Origin: Syntrophales bacterium
GTDB taxonomy: Bacteria; Desulfobacterota; Syntrophia; Syntrophales; UBA6807
Reading direction: 5' to 3'
Assembly (NCBI GenBank): GCA_040767195.1
Contig: JAXGPA010000001.1
Coordinates: 832,001 to 896,000 of the forward strand
Length of the DNA: 64,000 nt
Part shown: positions 9,325 to 18,846 of the stretch, piece after piece
How positions within the stretch are numbered: position 1 is the stretch's first letter
How the letters are laid out: each line of letters begins with the position of its first letter
The notes under the pieces: generated by a model
Told to the model about the DNA's origin: nothing
What the model saw: the letters and a program-made list of their open reading frames with translations, nothing else
Databases searched by the model: none
Position numbers and translations under genes: made by a program

Positions 9325-10350
9325 TCAGGCGACCCTTTCCCGGTCTTCCCGGATAAACGCCAGAAGTTCCCTTGAGAAACCGGACTCGAGGACGATGCTC
9401 TCGAAATCGGGCGGGCACAGGATCTTCTGCATGAGGAAGCCGTCGCCGTCGAACCAGCGGGGCAGGGGGCCGCCGAAAAAATAACCGGCCTCCCGAAGGG
9501 CTTCCACCGACGCGCCCGCCCAGGGTTCGGTCAAATTCAGCCAGGCCTGAAAAACAACGCACCCCTTGTCGGCGGCCTCCCGTTCCAGGTCGGCCAGGCG
9601 GCTTCCGAGATCCGCCCCCGAGACGGGAACAGCGATCCGGGCAACCCCGGCAAAATCAAAGACGGTCATCCCGGCGCGGCTGACACGGCCGGCGGGAAAC
9701 GGGTCCACCGATCGGGCGAGGTCCCGGGAATCGTCGAGACGCCCGTAAATCCTGTGGAGGACGTCTTCGTAAACGGCGGGAAGAAAGACCCGGTGCGGCC
9801 TGGGTCGAAAGGAACGGAAGACGCTCAGGGTCGCCACCCGTCCCGGAGCGCTTTTTTCACGGGTGTACGCCTCGGCGGGCATGAGGGCCACTTCGATGGC
9901 GGTTTCCGAAAAGCCGAATGCCGCCACGGCCTTCTGCATGTAAGGATGGTTGCAGACCGCCTCCCCGAAGATCTCTTCGATGTGGGGCTGGCGCGGGACA
10001 AAATCATTGTAGAGATAATCGTGCAGTTTTCCCGTGATCCCCGATTTTCGATACGCCTTGAGAACCAGTCCCACGCCGTGTTCGTAGATGGCGTCGCAGG
10101 GGGTCGACCGGTACAGGTGGGTCACACCGACGACGTCCCCGGAAACGGTGCGGGCCACGATGGAATAGTAACGGCCCTCGCGATTGGCCTCTGTCACGGC
10201 ACCGGGATCATAAAACAGCCTGATCGGGTAGTGTTCGCCATAGACCGCCCGGAAGAGACGGACGATCCCCTCGGCGTCTTCGGGCCGAAAGCTGTCTACG
10301 ACGACATCTTCAGGGATCGATCTTTCGCTCCCGCTGTCACGAGTTTCCAT
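9325..10350 (-). CDS. GNAT-like N-acyltransferase, uncharacterised
   Basis: FRPEDAEGIVRLFRAVYG, GLVLKAYRKSGI (acetyl-CoA-binding-like motif), GEAVCNHPYMQK; GGAGGA RBS. Confidence 0.7.
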   Translation of the reverse strand: METRDSGSERSIPEDVVVDSFRPEDAEGIVRLFRAVYGEHYPIRLFYDPGAVTEANREGRYYSIVARTVSGDVVGVTHLYRSTPCDAIYEHGVGLVLKAYRKSGITGKLHDYLYNDFVPRQPHIEEIFGEAVCNHPYMQKAVAAFGFSETAIEVALMPAEAYTREKSAPGRVATLSVFRSFRPRPHRVFLPAVYEDVLHRIYGRLDDSRDLARSVDPFPAGRVSRAGMTVFDFAGVARIAVPVSGADLGSRLADLEREAADKGCVVFQAWLNLTEPWAGASVEALREAGYFFGGPLPRWFDGDGFLMQKILCPPDFESIVLESGFSRELLAFIREDRERVA

Positions 10351-10401
10351 GGTCCCGGTCCTCCCTGTTTCGTATTTTCGTCATCGGTTTTCCTTCCCCC
10401 G

Positions 10402-11652
10402 TCATTCCCCTTCCTTTTCCCCGCAGTGTAAAGAAACGGGGTCGCAAAAGCCACTTGGTTCTTTCGTTCCCCGGCGGCCGAGGGCCGTCATCAGTATCGA
10501 AGCCAGGCCGATGTGGCCCGCGGCCAGGTAAAAGAGGATGTCAAACCCCGAACCGAGGGCGATAAGGGTCCCGCCGGCGTAGGGCATGAGGAAATAGGCG
10601 GCGTCCATGGTGAAGAGGGTCATGTTGGTGTTGAGCCCCCTCAGGGCCGGCGTAGAGGCCGAGAAGAGAAGCGCGTTGAGCAGAGGCAAGGCCACGCCCA
10701 TGGAAAACCCGTAAAGGACGGCCAGTAAATAATAGGTTACCGGGGAAGACGTCAGGGGAAGAAGGAAAAGACACGGAGCGAGCAGGGCGAACATCTTCCA
10801 CACCGTGGAACGCTTGTCCATCCGGTCGAAAAGGACCGCACCGAGCGCGCGGACGGCGATCATCGCCATCATGGAAAGACTGAAGAAGAGTCCGACGGCA
10901 CCGGCTCCGGTCACAAGGGACAGGTCCTTCATGAAATAAAATACCGTGGCGTGGGCAAGATAGACCAGGAAAATGGTTGAAAGAAGAAAAACCACGGAAC
11001 GGAGACGGAAATTCTCCCGGATCTCGGAAAAGGCCGGGCGGCGGAGCAGCGCCCCGTCCAGGCCCAGCAACGCCTGGCCGATCCGTCTCCAGACGGCCAG
11101 GAGGATCAGGATGGCCGCCACCGAAAAAACCGAAACGGCGGCATAGACGTCCGCTTCGCTTCGCACGTGGGGAAAAATCGCCTCGGCCAGGGGAGGGATG
11201 ACGGCGAAGGGAATCATCGTCGCGATGCTGAGGGTGCTGAACCCCTGGCCGCTCCTCTCCCCGGGAATGAAGTTCACCACGAGCGCGATGACGGCGGACG
11301 TGAGGAGGACAAAAACGGTGCCGTGGAGCATGCGCAAAACAATCATGGCGGGCACGGAGGTCACCCACAGGTAGGAACAGGAAACGGCAATGAGCAGGAC
11401 AAGCGAAGCCATCGTCACGGCCAGGGCGTTGCGCATGTGCAGCCAGGGCAGGACAACAAGCCGGAGGATGAAAGCCGACATGGGTTCGAGACCCACGAGA
11501 AACCCCCGCCAGGGAAGGGGAATGTCGATGGTGCCCAGGTAGTGATAGAAGCTGTAGAACACGCTGACGTTACAGAAGGCCGACACGATGACGAGGCACA
11601 GGGCGAGAAATTCGAAGGACAGGAGCTTTCGGGGAGAAGACGGCTGGTCCAC
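10402..11652 (-). CDS. MFS transporter
   Basis: About 12 hydrophobic segments; LRMLHG and PGERSGQG MFS-type motifs. Confidence 0.85.
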   Translation of the reverse strand: MDQPSSPRKLLSFEFLALCLVIVSAFCNVSVFYSFYHYLGTIDIPLPWRGFLVGLEPMSAFILRLVVLPWLHMRNALAVTMASLVLLIAVSCSYLWVTSVPAMIVLRMLHGTVFVLLTSAVIALVVNFIPGERSGQGFSTLSIATMIPFAVIPPLAEAIFPHVRSEADVYAAVSVFSVAAILILLAVWRRIGQALLGLDGALLRRPAFSEIRENFRLRSVVFLLSTIFLVYLAHATVFYFMKDLSLVTGAGAVGLFFSLSMMAMIAVRALGAVLFDRMDKRSTVWKMFALLAPCLFLLPLTSSPVTYYLLAVLYGFSMGVALPLLNALLFSASTPALRGLNTNMTLFTMDAAYFLMPYAGGTLIALGSGFDILFYLAAGHIGLASILMTALGRRGTKEPSGFCDPVSLHCGEKEGE

Positions 11653-11664
11653 GGGCGCCGCCTT

Positions 11665-12771
11665 TCAGGCCAGGATCTTTTTCAGGGCCGCCGCGAAGGC
11701 CTCCATGGCCTCCAGGCCCGCCAGGGTGACACGGATGTGATTCGGGTAGCGGAATCCTGTCATGGGCCGGATCATGACCCCCTCGTGCATGAGCTTCCGG
11801 TAGGCCAGGGTGTCGCTCCCGGGCAGTTTCACGATGAGAAAGTTCCCTTCCCCGCTCGTGACGGGAAGCCCCATTCCGCCCATTTCCTCCTTCAGGTAAT
11901 CCCGGCTTTGCCGGACCATGTCCCGGGTGCGGCCGACGTGGCCCGTGTCGTCCCGGAGACAGGCCAGGGCCGCCTCCTGGGCGATGGTGTTGACGGAATA
12001 AACGACGCAGGTCCTGCGGATCATGTCGACGACTTTCAGGTCGCCCGCCAGATACCCGATGCGAAGCCCCGCGATCCCGTACATCTTGGAAAAGGTCCTG
12101 AAGACGACCAGGTTGGGATAGTCCCGGGTGAGGGAAATCCCGTCGGGGTAATCCTCCGCCTCGACGAATTCGAAGTAGGCCTCGTCGACGACCACGATCT
12201 GCCGCCCCCCGACGGCGTCGAGAAAAGCGGTGAGGGTGTCCCGGGACCAGTAGGTCCCCGTCGGGTTGTTGGGGTTGCAAAGAAAGATCACCTTCGTGGC
12301 GCCATCGATCCTTTCCAGCATGGCGCCGTCGTCGAACCGCCCTTCCTTCAGGGGGACGACCCGGGCCTCGATGCCGGAAAAGACGGCCACCCACTCGTAG
12401 ACGGCGAAGGTCCTGTCCGCCGTGACGATGTTGTCGCCCCGCTCACAGAAGGCCTTGATCACGAAGGTGATGACCTCGTTGGCGCCGTTTCCGACGATGA
12501 CCTGGTCGGGGTCGATGCCGTGGAAAGCGGCAAGCTCGCGGCGCAGGTCGTAGGAATCCCCGCTGGGATAAACGGCGCCCCGGGGGGGCGGGAACCGCCG
12601 GATAACCTCCTGGGCGCCCGGCGGCGGGCCCAGGGGGTTTTCGTTGTTGTTGAGACGGATGAGGCGACGGCAGCCATAGAGCTTTTGAAGCTCCCGGTCG
12701 GGCTTGCTGGGGATGTAGGGCTCGAATTCCCGGACGCAGGCGGGTACAAGACGGTCAAGGTCGGGTTTCAT
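11665..12771 (-). CDS. HisC-like class I/II PLP-dependent enzyme
   Basis: NENPLGP, GNGANEVI, CNPNNPTG, DEAYFEF and RTFSKMYGIAGLRIGY (PLP lysine); start taken at ATG 12771. Confidence 0.85.
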   Translation of the reverse strand: MKPDLDRLVPACVREFEPYIPSKPDRELQKLYGCRRLIRLNNNENPLGPPPGAQEVIRRFPPPRGAVYPSGDSYDLRRELAAFHGIDPDQVIVGNGANEVITFVIKAFCERGDNIVTADRTFAVYEWVAVFSGIEARVVPLKEGRFDDGAMLERIDGATKVIFLCNPNNPTGTYWSRDTLTAFLDAVGGRQIVVVDEAYFEFVEAEDYPDGISLTRDYPNLVVFRTFSKMYGIAGLRIGYLAGDLKVVDMIRRTCVVYSVNTIAQEAALACLRDDTGHVGRTRDMVRQSRDYLKEEMGGMGLPVTSGEGNFLIVKLPGSDTLAYRKLMHEGVMIRPMTGFRYPNHIRVTLAGLEAMEAFAAALKKILA

Positions 12772-14086
12772 GGTATTGAAAAACCACCAGGTCGGCCTGG
12801 CCGGCAAAGGGGATGATCATGCCGGGCCTGAAGCGGCGGCCCAGGAGAACGGGAACCAGGGGGGCCTGCCAGGAAACGCCCAGGTCAATCTCGAAGAGAA
12901 GGTTCAGAAACCCTTCCTCCCGGAGAAAACGGATGTGCCGTTCCACGTTCGCGGCCAGATCGTCTCCCGGCCACAGGGGCCGCAGGACGACCTCCGACCA
13001 TTCCCGACGGATCTCGGCGGAAAAGATGGAGGACCCTTTTAGCGTTTCTCCCAGGTCTTGGACCTCCCGGATATCCCGGGCCAGGAAGAGGCGCCCGTAT
13101 TCCCTTTCCAGAAACTCCTTGAGAGCCCCGTTCGTCCAGACAGGGCAGCCGGGATCCTCGTGAAGGAAACGGTACCAGGCCGGTCTGGCCAGGGCAGGCC
13201 CCTCGTCCCGGAAAAAGGCCAGGGACCCCAGGGGTTCGAACTGGGACCGGACCGGCTCGGGCAGGCCCGTGAGGCTGACAAGGCCAATGGCCCGGGTCCT
13301 CGCCACGGCGGCAATGGCGGCATCAAGGAGGGCCTCGGCGATCTCCTGCTCCCTCGACGGGTCGAAGACGTGGGGACCGACAATCTCGACGATCCGCTCG
13401 GTGAGAAACCGGAACAGGATGCCGCCGGCCACACGGCCCGCCCCGTCGACGGCCGCGATGACCTCGTTGTCCCCGGCGGCGACCATGTCGACCACTTTGC
13501 CCGGATAGTCGAAAAAGGCCGGTCCGGGCGAATCCGCCCGTCCCCGGGCCACCTCGCCGGCATACTGTTTCAGTGTCTCGGCGTCCGGGGTCCTTTGAAT
13601 CGTGAGGCCCTCCCGAAACGGGGCCGGCGGGTGGGCCACGTCCGGCAGAGGCGGATAGGTTTTTTCCTTTTCCACGGCCAGGCAGATCCGGCCCCGGCTC
13701 TCCTCGGTGATCCGAAGCCGGTCAACGGTTCGGGAAGCAATGACGAGGCCCATCTCCGCCAGGGCCTCGTCACTTTCAAACTGGCCGGTGGCGGTGATGT
13801 TGAGGGCGCCCATGTTCAGGGCCGCCACGGAAAAGCGGAACTCGACCCTCCCGTAGTACAGCCCGTTGACGGCGCGGATATCCACGGGTTCCACGGGACG
13901 GACATGAGAAATGATGTAAGAAAAGATCTCCTCGGCGGCGAGCCGGAGCTTGAGGGATTCCTCCCGCCCCATGCCCAGGGCCCGGACCGATGACTCGACG
14001 AAACCGGTGACGACGTCCAGGAAGGGCGACCGGGCCGGCAGTTGGATGCCCAGTGTGTCGTTGGAATGACGATTCGGAGGATTCAT
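12755..14086 (-). CDS. Fusion of degenerate RsbW/SpoIIAB-like HATPase domain and GNAT-like region, uncharacterised
   Basis: N-terminal LKLRLAAEEIF ... EMGLVIASRTVD resembles anti-sigma kinases; C-terminal half aligns by eye with 9325..10350. Confidence 0.65.
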   Translation of the reverse strand: MNPPNRHSNDTLGIQLPARSPFLDVVTGFVESSVRALGMGREESLKLRLAAEEIFSYIISHVRPVEPVDIRAVNGLYYGRVEFRFSVAALNMGALNITATGQFESDEALAEMGLVIASRTVDRLRITEESRGRICLAVEKEKTYPPLPDVAHPPAPFREGLTIQRTPDAETLKQYAGEVARGRADSPGPAFFDYPGKVVDMVAAGDNEVIAAVDGAGRVAGGILFRFLTERIVEIVGPHVFDPSREQEIAEALLDAAIAAVARTRAIGLVSLTGLPEPVRSQFEPLGSLAFFRDEGPALARPAWYRFLHEDPGCPVWTNGALKEFLEREYGRLFLARDIREVQDLGETLKGSSIFSAEIRREWSEVVLRPLWPGDDLAANVERHIRFLREEGFLNLLFEIDLGVSWQAPLVPVLLGRRFRPGMIIPFAGQADLVVFQYHETRP

Positions 14087-14222
14087 CCCCGGCCTTTCCC
14101 CGGAAAACGTGTTACGTCAGAGGCTCCTTTTTGTATCGTATCCCCTCTCGTGATGTCAATAACGAGACATCCACGAAAAAAGTCCCCGGCAGTTTTGATC
14201 TGCGAAGGTTCTCACAGGAATT

Positions 14223-15014
14223 TCAGACAGCGAGGATGCCCTTGAAAACGGTGACGGCCTGCCCCCCGATAAAGACGCGGTCTTCGCCGACGCGGACCCG
14301 GATGACGCCGCCCCGCTCCGACGCCTGGAAGGCCGTGAATTCCCGCTTTCCCAGTTTCCGCTGCCAATAGGGGCCAAGGCTGCTGTGGGCTGAACCGGTT
14401 ACCGGGTCCTCGTCTACCCCCACGGCGGGGGCGAAAAAGCGGGAAACGAAATCAAAGCCGCCGGAACGGGCGCGGCTTGTCACGATAAACCCCCGGGCGG
14501 GGATATCCCGGAGGGCCTTCATGTCCGGGGACATGGCGCGAACCGTCTCCTCCCCGTCCACTTCCACGAGGTAATCGTAAACCGTCTTGCCCACATAGAT
14601 AGGGTTCACCCAAAGGGCTTCAGCCAGGCCGTCCGGGGTGCTGACCGGTTCGTCCGCCGTGGCGGGAAAATTCATCTCGATCCAGTCTCCGTCCCTGCGG
14701 GCGGTGAGAAGACCGCTCAACGTGTGAAACCGGGCCTCCCCATCTTTCGGGAGAACCCCTTCCTGCCACAGGATGTGGGCGCTCGCCAGGGTGGCGTGGC
14801 CGCACAGTTCCACCTCCACGAGGGGCGTGAACCACCGGAGCCGGAACCCGTCATTTTCTCTGTGCAGAAACGCCGTTTCCGAAAGATTCATTTCCCGGGC
14901 GACGGCCTGCATCCAGGAAGCCTCCGCCGGTTCTTCCAGAAGACAGACCCCCGCCGGATTCCCCCGGAAGGGGCGATCGGCAAAGGCATCCACCGTAAAG
15001 ATGGGAATAGCCAT
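14223..15014 (-). CDS. PhzF-family isomerase/epimerase
   Basis: VDAFADRPFRGNPAGV, NLSETAF, LRWFTP..EVELCGHATLA, EDPVTGSAH. Confidence 0.93.
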   Translation of the reverse strand: MAIPIFTVDAFADRPFRGNPAGVCLLEEPAEASWMQAVAREMNLSETAFLHRENDGFRLRWFTPLVEVELCGHATLASAHILWQEGVLPKDGEARFHTLSGLLTARRDGDWIEMNFPATADEPVSTPDGLAEALWVNPIYVGKTVYDYLVEVDGEETVRAMSPDMKALRDIPARGFIVTSRARSGGFDFVSRFFAPAVGVDEDPVTGSAHSSLGPYWQRKLGKREFTAFQASERGGVIRVRVGEDRVFIGGQAVTVFKGILAV

Positions 15015-15149
15015 TTTCCCTGCTCCTTTCGCGATGCTGATCGTATACCATGCCCGGAAACAGCAGACCTGGAAAAACCATTTACAGGAGTCACGCCGTT
15101 CTGTCAAAAAAACATTTTAAAATTCCGGGGGATGGGTTAAAAAAAGGGC

Positions 15150-15959
15150 TTGAACGGCGAAATGATAAGCCCGAAGAGAGCAGGGAAAAGCAAGAAACCC
15201 GTGTCATCATCATCTGACAGACCCGCCATCGGCATCACCTGCGGCCGTGAGAGCGCTGCGGACTGGGTTCCGGCCGCCTCCGGAAGACTGAGGGATTTTC
15301 TCTTTCAAGATTACGTCACGGCGGTCGAGCACGCCGGAGGCCTCCCCATGATCCTGCCGCCTACTGCGGCCGTGGAGACCTTTGTCGAGACCCTGTCGAG
15401 ACTGGACGGGCTTCTCCTGACGGGGGGCGGCGATGTCTGCCCCGCCATGTACGGGGAGAAACGCGGGCCGGGCTTGAAAGACATGGATCCACAGCGGGAC
15501 GCTTGCGAAACCGCCGCGCTCCGGGAGGCCCGGAAACGGGGGCTGCCCGTCCTGGGTATCTGCCGGGGGATCCAGATCATGGCCGTCGCTTTCGGGGGGA
15601 CACTCTACCGGGACCTGCCAAGTGAAAAGGAGGGCTTCTCGGGTCACTGGCAGCAAATGCCCCGGGCAAGGCACAGCCACCACGTGCGGGTCACCCGGGG
15701 ATCCCGGCTCTTTCGTATCCTCGAAGATGTTTTCGTACCGGTCAACAGTCATCATCACCAGGCCGTGAAGACGGTTCCCCCGGGTTTCACCGCTTCCGCA
15801 TCGGCCGAAGACGGCCTTGTCGAGGCCCTGGAAGATCCCGTCCACCCTTTTTTCCTTGCCGTCCAGTGGCATCCCGAGGGAACCTTCGACGGGGATGCCC
15901 CATCGAGGAAAATTTTTGAAGCCTTTATTCATGCGGCACGAAGGGCGCTCTCATCATGA
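15150..15959 (+). CDS. Gamma-glutamyl hydrolase, PuuD/peptidase C26 family
   Basis: GLLLTGGGD, GICRGIQ, VNSHHHQAV, VQWHPE; exact start uncertain. Confidence 0.88.
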   Translation: MNGEMISPKRAGKSKKPVSSSSDRPAIGITCGRESAADWVPAASGRLRDFLFQDYVTAVEHAGGLPMILPPTAAVETFVETLSRLDGLLLTGGGDVCPAMYGEKRGPGLKDMDPQRDACETAALREARKRGLPVLGICRGIQIMAVAFGGTLYRDLPSEKEGFSGHWQQMPRARHSHHVRVTRGSRLFRILEDVFVPVNSHHHQAVKTVPPGFTASASAEDGLVEALEDPVHPFFLAVQWHPEGTFDGDAPSRKIFEAFIHAARRALSS

Positions 15960-16813
15960 AAATTTTATTCACGTCCGACCTCCACGGCCTGAAGAACCTC
16001 TATGAAGAGCTGTTCGAATTGATCCGGACCAGCCGGCCCGATGCCGTTTTCCTCGGAGGGGATCTTTTTCCCAATGAGGGTCCCCTGGAAGAATCCATGG
16101 AGGAGCAGCGGCTTTTCATAGAGAATTTTTTCAGACCGAGGCTTTCCGAATGTCGCCTGGAAAGCCCTTCGACGGAATGGTTTGCCATGCTGGGAAACGA
16201 AGACTGGCATTATCACATCGCCCGCCTTCAGGAGATGGAATATCGAGGTCTCCTCCGGCTCCTCCACAACCGGAAGCATCTTTTGAAAAACGGGTTCGAG
16301 GTGATCGGGTATTGCCATGTCCCCCCCACGCCCTTCAGCAACAAGGACGGAGAGAGAATCGACCAGGCCGGCGTCCCCGGGGAACCCCAGCGGTCATCCC
16401 CCTGCCTCAGCACGAAAGGCGGTCTCCGCGACATCCGGCGAGACAGCTACTTCCGGGCCCAGCCGACCCTGGAAGAAGAGCTCGCGTCGCTTCCCCGCCC
16501 CGCCTTCCCCGAAAGGACCGTCTACGTCTTTCACACCCCACCCTTCGAAACGAGCCTCGACGTGCTTCACGACGGCCGTCACGCCGGAAGCCGGGCGGTC
16601 ACCCGGTTCATCCGGGAAAAACAGCCTTTCCTCACCCTGCACGGACACATCCATGAATCGCCTGTTATGACGGGCCGGTTTACCGACCGGATCGGCAAAA
16701 CCCTCTGCGTCAACCCCGGACACGGCCGGGAAAGGCTTCACGGGGTTTTCCTGGCGTGGGAAGGGAATCGCCTGGACGTCAGGCACACGGTCCTGGGAGA
16801 ACCGTTCGTCTGA
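15956..16813 (+). CDS. Calcineurin-like metallophosphoesterase
   Basis: SDLHG, GGDL, GNED, HTPP and LHGHIHE motifs. Confidence 0.88.
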   Translation: MKILFTSDLHGLKNLYEELFELIRTSRPDAVFLGGDLFPNEGPLEESMEEQRLFIENFFRPRLSECRLESPSTEWFAMLGNEDWHYHIARLQEMEYRGLLRLLHNRKHLLKNGFEVIGYCHVPPTPFSNKDGERIDQAGVPGEPQRSSPCLSTKGGLRDIRRDSYFRAQPTLEEELASLPRPAFPERTVYVFHTPPFETSLDVLHDGRHAGSRAVTRFIREKQPFLTLHGHIHESPVMTGRFTDRIGKTLCVNPGHGRERLHGVFLAWEGNRLDVRHTVLGEPFV

Positions 16814-16875
16814 CAGGGAATTTTACAGGTAGACCGGCGGCACCTCTACCAAGAGTGGAAGACCTCTTCGTCTTT

Positions 16876-17889
16876 TCACCAGTTGTTGTTCAGGATACGA
16901 CAGGAGGCTTGACAGTGCCGAATCTCGCGGCGGAGACGTCGGGTCCTTTCGGATCGCCATATCTCCAGGGGTTCCTGCTCCAGGAGATTTCCCGCCGGCT
17001 GCATGCCGTTGCAGAGCCTCACATCGCCGTAGGGATCCACGAGAAAATTGGCATATCCGCAGGGACAGGGAATATTTTTTAGCGATTCCTCGTCCCGGTA
17101 ATAACGGGAAAACAGTTGAAGCTGTTTCAGGGGATTCAGAACGGGAAAACCCTTCCTTTTTAACCGGATGATCTCCGTCATGACCCTGTCGAGAGCATCC
17201 AGGTCATCGATCCATTCGGGATCCCAGCGGTACCACCCGGGTGCCGGCCGGCGGTTCCGGTTTTCCTCGAACTTGTTGTGAACATTCACCGCCGTCAGGA
17301 CCTGAAAAAGGAGCCCCTTCAGGTTATTTTCCCGGGCCAGCCGCACGAGGGCTTCCAGTTCCCCGAGATTGGACCGGAGAATAACCGTTTCCAGGACGAC
17401 GGGGACACCGTTTTCCTTGAGAAGACGGACCGCCGTCATGGTTTTTTCGAAACTCCCGTCGACACCCCGGGTTTTGTCGTGGGTTTCCGGTTTAACGCCG
17501 TTCAGGGAAAGGATCATCTGACGAATGCCCAGGCGGCCCAGCTTTTCCGCGGCCGGCCGATCGATGAGGGTGCCGTTGGAAATGACGATCAGCTGGAAAT
17601 TCATTTCTCGGGAGTCTTTGAGAATCTCCAGAAATTCACTCTTGCAGAAGGGCTCCGCCCCTTCGAAGACGAGAAGGTTCGTCAGGGCGAACCCTTTCAG
17701 GGACCTGAGGATCCGGGTCCACTCTTTCCCCGTCAATTCCTCGGTTCTTGGCTGACCGCGCCATTTAGAGCAGGTCACGCAACGGAGGTTGCAGGCATCC
17801 GTCAGGGCCAGGTTGACTCTCAGAGGACGAAGAGGGATTCTTGATAAACAGGCTATTTCCCTATAAAGTCGTTTTACTTCGCTCTTCAC
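16876..17889 (-). CDS. Radical SAM protein with SPASM/twitch domain
   Basis: CNLRCVTC, HDKTRGVDGSF and C-terminal CPCG...VDPYGDVRLC...C...C; GTG 17889 overlaps the upstream stop (GTGA). Confidence 0.88.
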   Translation of the reverse strand: MKSEVKRLYREIACLSRIPLRPLRVNLALTDACNLRCVTCSKWRGQPRTEELTGKEWTRILRSLKGFALTNLLVFEGAEPFCKSEFLEILKDSREMNFQLIVISNGTLIDRPAAEKLGRLGIRQMILSLNGVKPETHDKTRGVDGSFEKTMTAVRLLKENGVPVVLETVILRSNLGELEALVRLARENNLKGLLFQVLTAVNVHNKFEENRNRRPAPGWYRWDPEWIDDLDALDRVMTEIIRLKRKGFPVLNPLKQLQLFSRYYRDEESLKNIPCPCGYANFLVDPYGDVRLCNGMQPAGNLLEQEPLEIWRSERTRRLRREIRHCQASCRILNNNW

Positions 17890-18791
17890 TCGCACCCCTT
17901 CGTGATCTTTTGCTCGCAAGAAACCATCCCGAGGCCGTAAGAAACCATGGCGGCGGAAATCCAGGCCAGGGAAAGCGCCGCTTCATGGGGTTTCATTCGG
18001 TAAGCCCGCCTGTTTCTCAAGATTTTCGACATCAGGGATATCCCTCTGCCCGAAGCGAACACCACGGGAACAGCCCAGGGAAAATCGGTGAAACGCGCAC
18101 CGGGGAGGCTTCTGTCAAGGCACCGGGTGATCAGCGTGTTGGGTCCGTAAACCCGAAACCACATTCGAAGGGATTGGAGGAAGGTTTCGGATTCGTGAAA
18201 GACCCGCAGACTCGGTTCGTGGCACACCGGAATGCCTTTTCGCTCGAAAACCCGGGCCAGAAGCAGGGCCCCTGCACCGTCGCTTACCGGCGGCTTCACG
18301 GGAAGGTCGGGCAGCACGGCTTTCAGCGCTTCTTTCCGGATCACGAAATTCCCGTCAAAAAGGTTGGCGATCCGTTTCCTCTCGGGTGATAAAAATTCCC
18401 CGTGGGTCGTCACCCCTGAGAACCTTTCCACGAACCGTTCCCCGTGATCCACGGCGCCGCTCAGAACCTGTCTTTTTCCCAAATGCTCTTTAATCCGGGA
18501 AATCCAGTCACGACTGACGATACAGTGGGAATCGGTGAAGGCCAGGACGTCAAACCGCGACACCTCTGCCGCCTGCCGCAGGAACCCGAACCAGCCTTCT
18601 CCTTTTTCCAGAAGGACGGTCCGGTAGCCGGCAGCCGGTCCCTCTACGGAGCCAAGGAGACCGTGGCCGGCGACAACCACTTCAAAGGGAACAGGAGCTC
18701 CCTGTTTCTGAATGAGAATCGCCGAGAGGGAGGATTCGAGAGGGATCGTCCCTTTCTTGTCCGTCAGAAAAACACTGATCCCGCTGTCCAT
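17886..18791 (-). CDS. Divergent GT2-like glycosyltransferase with C-terminal membrane segments
   Basis: FEVVV, DVLAFTDSHC (DxD-like position), GNFVIRKE and hydrophobic C-terminus. Confidence 0.65.
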   Translation of the reverse strand: MDSGISVFLTDKKGTIPLESSLSAILIQKQGAPVPFEVVVAGHGLLGSVEGPAAGYRTVLLEKGEGWFGFLRQAAEVSRFDVLAFTDSHCIVSRDWISRIKEHLGKRQVLSGAVDHGERFVERFSGVTTHGEFLSPERKRIANLFDGNFVIRKEALKAVLPDLPVKPPVSDGAGALLLARVFERKGIPVCHEPSLRVFHESETFLQSLRMWFRVYGPNTLITRCLDRSLPGARFTDFPWAVPVVFASGRGISLMSKILRNRRAYRMKPHEAALSLAWISAAMVSYGLGMVSCEQKITKGCE

Positions 18792-18846
18792 GACAAACTC
18801 CTGCCGGTCGAATAGGAATCTGAATGGTTCCGCCTGACGAATCAGA

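Noticed and set aside
14223..15014. Phenazine biosynthesis
   Set aside because: Lone PhzF-family gene with no phzA/B/D/E/G
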